Shown piece after piece: positions 28,775-34,214 of a stretch of DNA of 34,214 bases. The position numbers and the translations under genes are program-made. Under the pieces are notes generated by a model that was not told where the DNA came from, did no database searches, and saw nothing but the letters and a program-made list of their open reading frames with translations. How positions within the stretch are numbered: position 1 is the first letter of the stretch; each line of letters begins with the position of its first letter. Source of the stretch: Promethearchaeota archaeon (GTDB lineage Archaea > Asgardarchaeota > Lokiarchaeia > Sigyniarchaeales > SOKP01); NCBI GenBank assembly GCA_048938025.1, contig JBHLMP010000038.1:2112-36325 (forward strand), written 5' to 3'.

Positions 28775-29857
28775 TCAATATTTCCCATATTTTTTAGCAG
28801 CACTTAGGAAGATTCTCAAATTTTTCAGTGGAATTTCTTTAAAAATTACAGTACTAGGCCCTATGATGAAATGCCGATTTTCTTGTAAAGCGTTCATTAA
28901 TACTTTTACATGATCAACAATTTGTTCTTTAGTACCATAAGGAAGTATATAGCTGACATCACCAAAGCCTATAACGACAAAATCGGGAAAATTTTCATTA
29001 ATAAAATATGGGTCTGCACCGCCTTCCCAACCTTGCAGACCTTGAAAACCTGCTTTTTGATAAAGAGGGATTAATTCTGTAATATCACCATCAGTATGAA
29101 TTTGAGGAATCATACCTGCATCTGAAATTATAGATGTAATTTGTTTATAGCAAGAGGAAAAATCTTGATTCCAACGTTCCGGTGATATCATAGTTCTTCC
29201 TTTATATGCAACATCATCTAAAATATTAACAACTTTTCCGCTCCCAGCAGTGGCTTCAATTAATCCTTGAATGTTTACTTTTGTAATCTCAGCATAAAAC
29301 TTAATTAATTCTCTATAAAGCCTTGTCTTTTTTTTAAAATTCTTGCTAAATAAAGTCATTCCCATACTTTTCCAGACTTTATCAAAAATACCATCAACCA
29401 TTAATACAGGAAAAATAATAGGTGATATCTTTTCATAATACTTGATAGTCTTTTTAATTTGTTCGCTTTTATCAACTCGCTTTAATGATGTACGTAATTC
29501 TTCTAATATTTCCAAAGTATGAATATATCCTCCTTGATAATAAGAAGATTTATCTATTACTTTTTGTCCGTCTTGTCCTATTCTAATCTTTTTTCCCTTT
29601 CCATTATTTACCTTTATTGATTTAATTTTTATGCTTGCAGGGAATGGAGCAAAAACAGAGTCAAATCCTAAAATTAAAGGTATTTTAAAATATAGAGAAT
29701 TTAATGATTTTCCTCCATATTTATTTGTCAACTCATCCTTATGTTGGTTAATAAACTCCTCTCTTATATATTGAACATGTGTGGGGACTTTATCTAATTT
29801 ATTTCTTTCTGAATCATTATACACCGCGAGATAACGTGTACGAGCATTCATAATCAT
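28775..29857 (-). CDS. Uroporphyrinogen decarboxylase / MtaA-CmuA family protein
   Basis: MNARTRYLA, DDVAYKGRTMISPE, HTDGDIT, GFGDVSYILPYGTKEQI, FIIGPS....IPLKN...AKKYGKY. Confidence 0.8.
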   Translation of the reverse strand: MIMNARTRYLAVYNDSERNKLDKVPTHVQYIREEFINQHKDELTNKYGGKSLNSLYFKIPLILGFDSVFAPFPASIKIKSIKVNNGKGKKIRIGQDGQKVIDKSSYYQGGYIHTLEILEELRTSLKRVDKSEQIKKTIKYYEKISPIIFPVLMVDGIFDKVWKSMGMTLFSKNFKKKTRLYRELIKFYAEITKVNIQGLIEATAGSGKVVNILDDVAYKGRTMISPERWNQDFSSCYKQITSIISDAGMIPQIHTDGDITELIPLYQKAGFQGLQGWEGGADPYFINENFPDFVVIGFGDVSYILPYGTKEQIVDHVKVLMNALQENRHFIIGPSTVIFKEIPLKNLRIFLSAAKKYGKY

Positions 29858-30019
29858 GAAATCAATGAAATTTCATCGATTTTATTATGTTTCCTTTATT
29901 ATATTATTACTGTTATTCAAACAGATTAAAACGTCTAATTATAAAATTTTTAATAGAAGTCCATCTTAAAAAAATTCTTGAAGTTATATAAAGAAAATGA
30001 GGATTTAAATTAAAAAAAT

Positions 30020-32155
30020 TTAACTATATTTATCTCTAAAATCTTTAAGTTTAGCTAAAATCTCATCTCTAAGACTTCCAACAAGCACTTTTTCATGAGA
30101 TTTTACTTCTTTAGCAAATTGCATAAATTGATGAAGAACTGGTCCGGGAGGAAAATCATCTCTCATCTTTTCTATAAAATTACTAAGATCGTTCCCAGTG
30201 ACAGCTTGATTAAGTTTTTTAAAGATCTTTGAGAATAACTCATAAACATGCGCCCTTTTTTCTTTACTTAAGCTAGTTACGGCACCAGATACGATTTGAC
30301 GGGGCCTTAAAGCGTCTTCAAGAGGGGCACTTGTCGACTCAGTTCCTTCTCTGCCTTGAACAATAACTTGAGGTTCGTATCTAGGATAATCACCTGTACC
30401 TGAACAATTATAATTGATTGTAATTGACTCATTTCCTTTTAACTCAGGAATTTTTACTTGCAATTCTGATTCCTGATCAATCTTAACAATTTCATGAATA
30501 GAACCTTCAGGAGGAGTGAAACCAGCTAAACTAAAACCCATCGGAATTTTATCTTTAACCATAATATTTTCTAATTCTACGCTTCCTTTATTTTGAATTC
30601 GTACATTTATGCTGAAGTCGCCCTCATTTATTCCTGGTTTTATACTTTTTAAAGTTTTGAGCTTTCTTTTTACATATTTGATCTTAATATTTGGAGTTAC
30701 AACTGGAGAAATTATAAATGCTTTTCCAGGAATTAACGAATTTACATTTATTGTAATTGGGGTATTATATGAAACTTCGGGTTTTGGATTTTTTGCCAAA
30801 AGAGCATAATTTACTGTTATTTTTGCTTCTGGCGGTAATTGACTTTCTAAATTGAATAATTCTATATGAATTCTATGATCTTTATCAGGGTCTAAATCAT
30901 CTGGGACAATTTCAAATTTTCGTGTAAATTCTTGCCTAGAACTAATATCCACAGTTTTAGAAGCACTAAATAATTTGACAGTAATACTTTTTAGTTCAGG
31001 AGGAACAAAATCCCTAGGGATCTCATCTATAATAATGATAGTATCAATATTTACTGTTCCATTATTAACAATTATATTTTGTACTGTCATATATGTGTTA
31101 GCATAAGCATCGACTTCAGGAGGATTGAGTATTTTATCAATTGTTGCGGTTAATACTGGATAGATAGTAGATTCTTTATTAATTTCACCAATTACTCTTG
31201 TAATTACTAAAAATAAAGGAGTAAATTCTATTGATGAACTTAGTTCTGGAACGTTTTTATTTTCAACTTGGAAATCAAAACTCCAAGGTTGTTCAGGATT
31301 TAAAAGTTTATTAGGAGTTTGAGAGACCACAGTTTCAGTTCCTGTCGTAATTCTGTGAGAAACCTTTACATCTTCAAGACGCACTTGAAATTCAGATTCA
31401 TTAATAAATTCTACATTGCAATCCCATATTCCCGGTTGCGATCCTTCATCTCTGTCTATTCCGCTCATAGAATCAGTAAGACCTCTAACTTCAGGATTAA
31501 TCATTGTTAATTTATAGTTATTTATTAAATAACTTACATTTAAAGTTCCTAAAGATTGTTCTTTTGTATTTTGCACATTAACTGTACAAAGTATATTTAA
31601 TTCAGCACGAGATTTGCCTTCTAAAGAAACAATTTCCCAAGATAAATATCTCTTTTCTCCTTCTTCTTTAATGTTAATAATTCCTAAATTTGGGGTGGGA
31701 ATTTCAATATCCTGAAAAATAGTAGGCATTTCTCTATTCAATTTTATATCTAAGATGGGTAAATCTAAAGGGTTGCTAAGTATTAGTTTTAATTTACATT
31801 TATTATCCCTTAGATAAAGAAATGTGTTATTAATTTTATCAGATATTGATGTTTCTGTATCGAAAGTTTCATTTATTATTAAATTTGGTCGTTTAAGATT
31901 TTGTATTTCATACTCTTGTATGAATTCCTGTGTAGGATTTAGAGTTCCTATGTCTAATTCTCTGGATTTGATAGATGTATTTACCGTTTCCTTCAAGTCG
32001 CAAGAGAGATTCCATAACCTGCTTTTTTGTGAAGGATTTTTTAAAATTAATTTACCATTACCTCTTATTTCTTTTTGCTTTAATGACCTATCTAAAAGGA
32101 TTTTCTCATTCTCAGTGATGTCTATTACAATTAAATCTCTCATAGTTTCGCTCAA
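30020..32155 (-). CDS. Soluble beta-rich protein: N-terminal mu-homology-domain-like region, DUF11/Ig-like repeats, C-terminal helical bundle
   Basis: No signal peptide or TM. MHD-like strands IVIDITENEKILLD..IRGNGKLILKN, YLSWEIVSLEG, GTLNVSYLINNY. Ig-like NNGTVNIDTIIIIDEIPRDF and QNKGSVELENIMVKDKIPMGF. Confidence 0.6.
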   Translation of the reverse strand: MSETMRDLIVIDITENEKILLDRSLKQKEIRGNGKLILKNPSQKSRLWNLSCDLKETVNTSIKSRELDIGTLNPTQEFIQEYEIQNLKRPNLIINETFDTETSISDKINNTFLYLRDNKCKLKLILSNPLDLPILDIKLNREMPTIFQDIEIPTPNLGIINIKEEGEKRYLSWEIVSLEGKSRAELNILCTVNVQNTKEQSLGTLNVSYLINNYKLTMINPEVRGLTDSMSGIDRDEGSQPGIWDCNVEFINESEFQVRLEDVKVSHRITTGTETVVSQTPNKLLNPEQPWSFDFQVENKNVPELSSSIEFTPLFLVITRVIGEINKESTIYPVLTATIDKILNPPEVDAYANTYMTVQNIIVNNGTVNIDTIIIIDEIPRDFVPPELKSITVKLFSASKTVDISSRQEFTRKFEIVPDDLDPDKDHRIHIELFNLESQLPPEAKITVNYALLAKNPKPEVSYNTPITINVNSLIPGKAFIISPVVTPNIKIKYVKRKLKTLKSIKPGINEGDFSINVRIQNKGSVELENIMVKDKIPMGFSLAGFTPPEGSIHEIVKIDQESELQVKIPELKGNESITINYNCSGTGDYPRYEPQVIVQGREGTESTSAPLEDALRPRQIVSGAVTSLSKEKRAHVYELFSKIFKKLNQAVTGNDLSNFIEKMRDDFPPGPVLHQFMQFAKEVKSHEKVLVGSLRDEILAKLKDFRDKYS

Positions 32156-32326
32156 CTATATTATCTTTTTAAAAAATTATATTATAACAAAATTTTATTA
32201 AGTAATAAAAAAATAAAGTTTTGGCAATTTAAAATTAATTAGATAAAATGCCAACTTATTAATACTTATAAAATAATAAGGTATCTAAAACAAGAAGAAA
32301 TACTATTTAAGAAGGTATCTAGTAGA

Positions 32327-33148
32327 ATGGCTAATGAATTATTTTGGAAAATTGTGAAAGAATTCAATTATTTAATGAGATCTGCAATTGAAGGACCGAT
32401 GTGTATTGATCCATCCATCTGCCATGGAGATTGTTGTTCAATAAAAATAGATGTTCCTAAAGTCTTAGCAAAAGAATACATTAAACGGGGATATGCTACT
32501 AAGGAAGACTTTATAAGAAGTAATGTTTTTAGCTTCCACTTAAGATTTGATGAGGAAAAAGGGAAGTGTTTTTTGTTTGATAAAAAGATTAATGGGTGTA
32601 GTGTACATAATTCAGAAATCAAACCACTACAATGTTATATCTATCCAACTAATTTTTCAAATCCAGGGTTCAAAGCTATTAACTGTAAAAAAGCAGGGGG
32701 TTGGAAAATAATAGATTCTGAGAAAACAAAAAAAGCAGAAGAATTACTACAAAAATATGTTTTTCTGTGTCAGATTGAAGCAAAAAAAGAAATGAAAAAT
32801 ATCAAGAAAAGAGTTAATAAAATAAATAATTTGCTACACCAATTCAATTCAATTCCCCCAAGTCAATTAGCAGGATTTAAAGATAGCTGGAATTGTTTTG
32901 AATTCTTATCAGCCGAAGGAATATCATTACAAATGAAAAAAATTTGTTATATATACAATAAAAGTTGTAAATTCATTTCGAATAATAGTTTTTTACAATG
33001 TAAATCCATTTGTGATCCCATTAAAAATCAATTATTAAAATTTCTACAAGAAAATCTTTATCAATATATAAAAAAAAATGGGCTTGATCATGAAGGTGCA
33101 TACCCTCTTCATAAACTATTTAAATTTATTGAGATCGTAGCTATATAA
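32327..33148 (+). CDS. YkgJ/CxxCxxCC cysteine-cluster protein
   Basis: CIDPSICHGDCC, KCFLFD....CSVH...KPLQCYIYP, plus further Cys residues near the C-terminus. Confidence 0.8.
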   Translation: MANELFWKIVKEFNYLMRSAIEGPMCIDPSICHGDCCSIKIDVPKVLAKEYIKRGYATKEDFIRSNVFSFHLRFDEEKGKCFLFDKKINGCSVHNSEIKPLQCYIYPTNFSNPGFKAINCKKAGGWKIIDSEKTKKAEELLQKYVFLCQIEAKKEMKNIKKRVNKINNLLHQFNSIPPSQLAGFKDSWNCFEFLSAEGISLQMKKICYIYNKSCKFISNNSFLQCKSICDPIKNQLLKFLQENLYQYIKKNGLDHEGAYPLHKLFKFIEIVAI

Positions 33149-33310
33149 AGATAAGATTAAATTGGTGGCTTTTTGGCATTAGAATTTAATTAAACAATCT
33201 TCATTCTAGTTGGTGTATATTCTCTCGATAATACATATTTTTAAGTAATATGTAGATGGTTATTGAAGTATTATTTAAATGATACTTTAAAAGGTCTTTA
33301 AAAGTTAAAA

Positions 33311-33688
33311 ATGGTGTTTTATATGTCTTTAGGAGATAAAAGTTTATCTGAATTAACTAAAAATGTTTTTTCAGATAAGTATGAATTTATTGAAGGTCCC
33401 CGAAAAGTAAAGGGCAAATCTGGGAAAATTTGGATTTTTGATGCATTAGTTAAAAATGAAAATTCTTTATATGGTATGTTTATACGTGATTGGAAAAGAG
33501 AAATCTCCATTACACAACTACGACAATTACATAAAGCATGTATAGATACAAAAGTTAAAGGAGGTATTATGATTTGTAATATAGTTACTGATTTTTCTCG
33601 CGATTACAGTTCTCAATTTGGAATTCAACTTCTCTCTAAAGGACATCTAATTTCTAAATTAAGAAGGAAGAAATATCAAAATATATAG
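33311..33688 (+). CDS. Mrr-like PD-(D/E)xK restriction endonuclease-fold protein
   Basis: VKGKSG..WIFDALV..GMFIRDWKREISITQLRQL..GGIMIC..FS...FGIQLL. Confidence 0.7.
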   Translation: MVFYMSLGDKSLSELTKNVFSDKYEFIEGPRKVKGKSGKIWIFDALVKNENSLYGMFIRDWKREISITQLRQLHKACIDTKVKGGIMICNIVTDFSRDYSSQFGIQLLSKGHLISKLRRKKYQNI

Positions 33689-34010
33689 TATGAACAATTT
33701 TTTAAATCAATAAAGAAGATTAATACGATTTTGAAACCGTTCATTAAGTTCTGTACCGTAACTAGGACAGAAGTTTTTCATAGTACTCTTTTTATTTAAT
33801 TTGATAAATTTATGAGGAAAATAATCCCAAGAAAAATGAAAGTTACCCTAAAATTATATATGATAATTTTCTACGCTAATTATGTTCTTTCTCATATTTA
33901 AATTTAGGAAGATAAGAAAATTTTAATTAACTACTAAAATATATATTAAAAATTTATAAATTAAAAATTCTAAATATGACATAATAAGATGAAAAAGAGA
34001 TTCAATACCC

Positions 34011-34214
34011 TTGATTAAGGTATATGAACTTAACAATCAATTAGAAGAATTTAAAGATTTAAAAATTGAAGAAAATATTCCTTTATTTGAATTATTAGAT
34101 TCAAATAAAATTCTACTTTTTATTGATGTTCATAATCAGAAAGTATGGGAATGGCAAGGGAGAAATACATCCACAAGAATGAAATTCATATCTACTCAAT
34201 TAGTAGCAAATATC
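34011..34214 (+). CDS. Gelsolin-like domain protein, 3'-truncated by the window edge (absent from the ORF track)
   Basis: TTG at 34011 opens a frame running to the end: MIKVYELNNQLEEFKDLKIEENIPLFELLDSNKILLFIDVHNQKVWEWQGRNTSTRMKFISTQLVANI. This matches the gelsolin pattern L.S..vfllD....v..W.G..ss..ek..a. Confidence 0.7.
   Translation, partial: MIKVYELNNQLEEFKDLKIEENIPLFELLDSNKILLFIDVHNQKVWEWQGRNTSTRMKFISTQLVANI

Noticed and set aside
421-33510. Many short ORFs (60-125 aa) antisense to, or nested in, long genes, e.g. 421-654, 2927-3247, 3491-3763, 7737-8063, 9544-9795, 22313-22600, 31824-32201
   Set aside because: They lie opposite well-supported genes and have no recognisable motifs, so they are shadow ORFs.
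1-34214. tRNA, rRNA, CRISPR arrays, transposases or integrases
   Set aside because: No GC-rich cloverleaf or rRNA-like segments, spaced repeats or recombinase motifs were seen by eye. A covariance-model scan would be needed to exclude small RNAs.

Overview
A very AT-rich, densely coding archaeal window of about 30 genes. The gene content points to an Asgard archaeon of the Lokiarchaeia type (inference from protein families only). The supporting families are a degenerate Ras-like GTPase, a gelsolin-like gene, a membrane protein with a longin-like tail, stand-alone 7TM proteins, a UroD/MtaA-family protein and archaeal tRNA-modification genes. The most striking element is a tightly coupled two-gene operon (2845-6463, minus strand). 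It encodes the NfnA/SudB small subunit and an NfnB/SudA large subunit fused N-terminally to a wHTH, a 2x[4Fe-4S] ferredoxin and an FrhB/FpoF-type F420-binding module, making it a candidate F420-wired electron-bifurcating transhydrogenase. Several proteins resemble eukaryotic trafficking or cytoskeletal components: a mu-homology-domain-like/Ig protein, an IFT52 GIFT-like + ribbon-helix-helix fusion, and a gelsolin-like ORF missed by the ORF track. There is also a NusA-like gene split by a T10 frameshift and a few gene remnants. I saw no rRNA, tRNA, CRISPR array or transposase. All family calls come from motif recognition by eye, not database searches.
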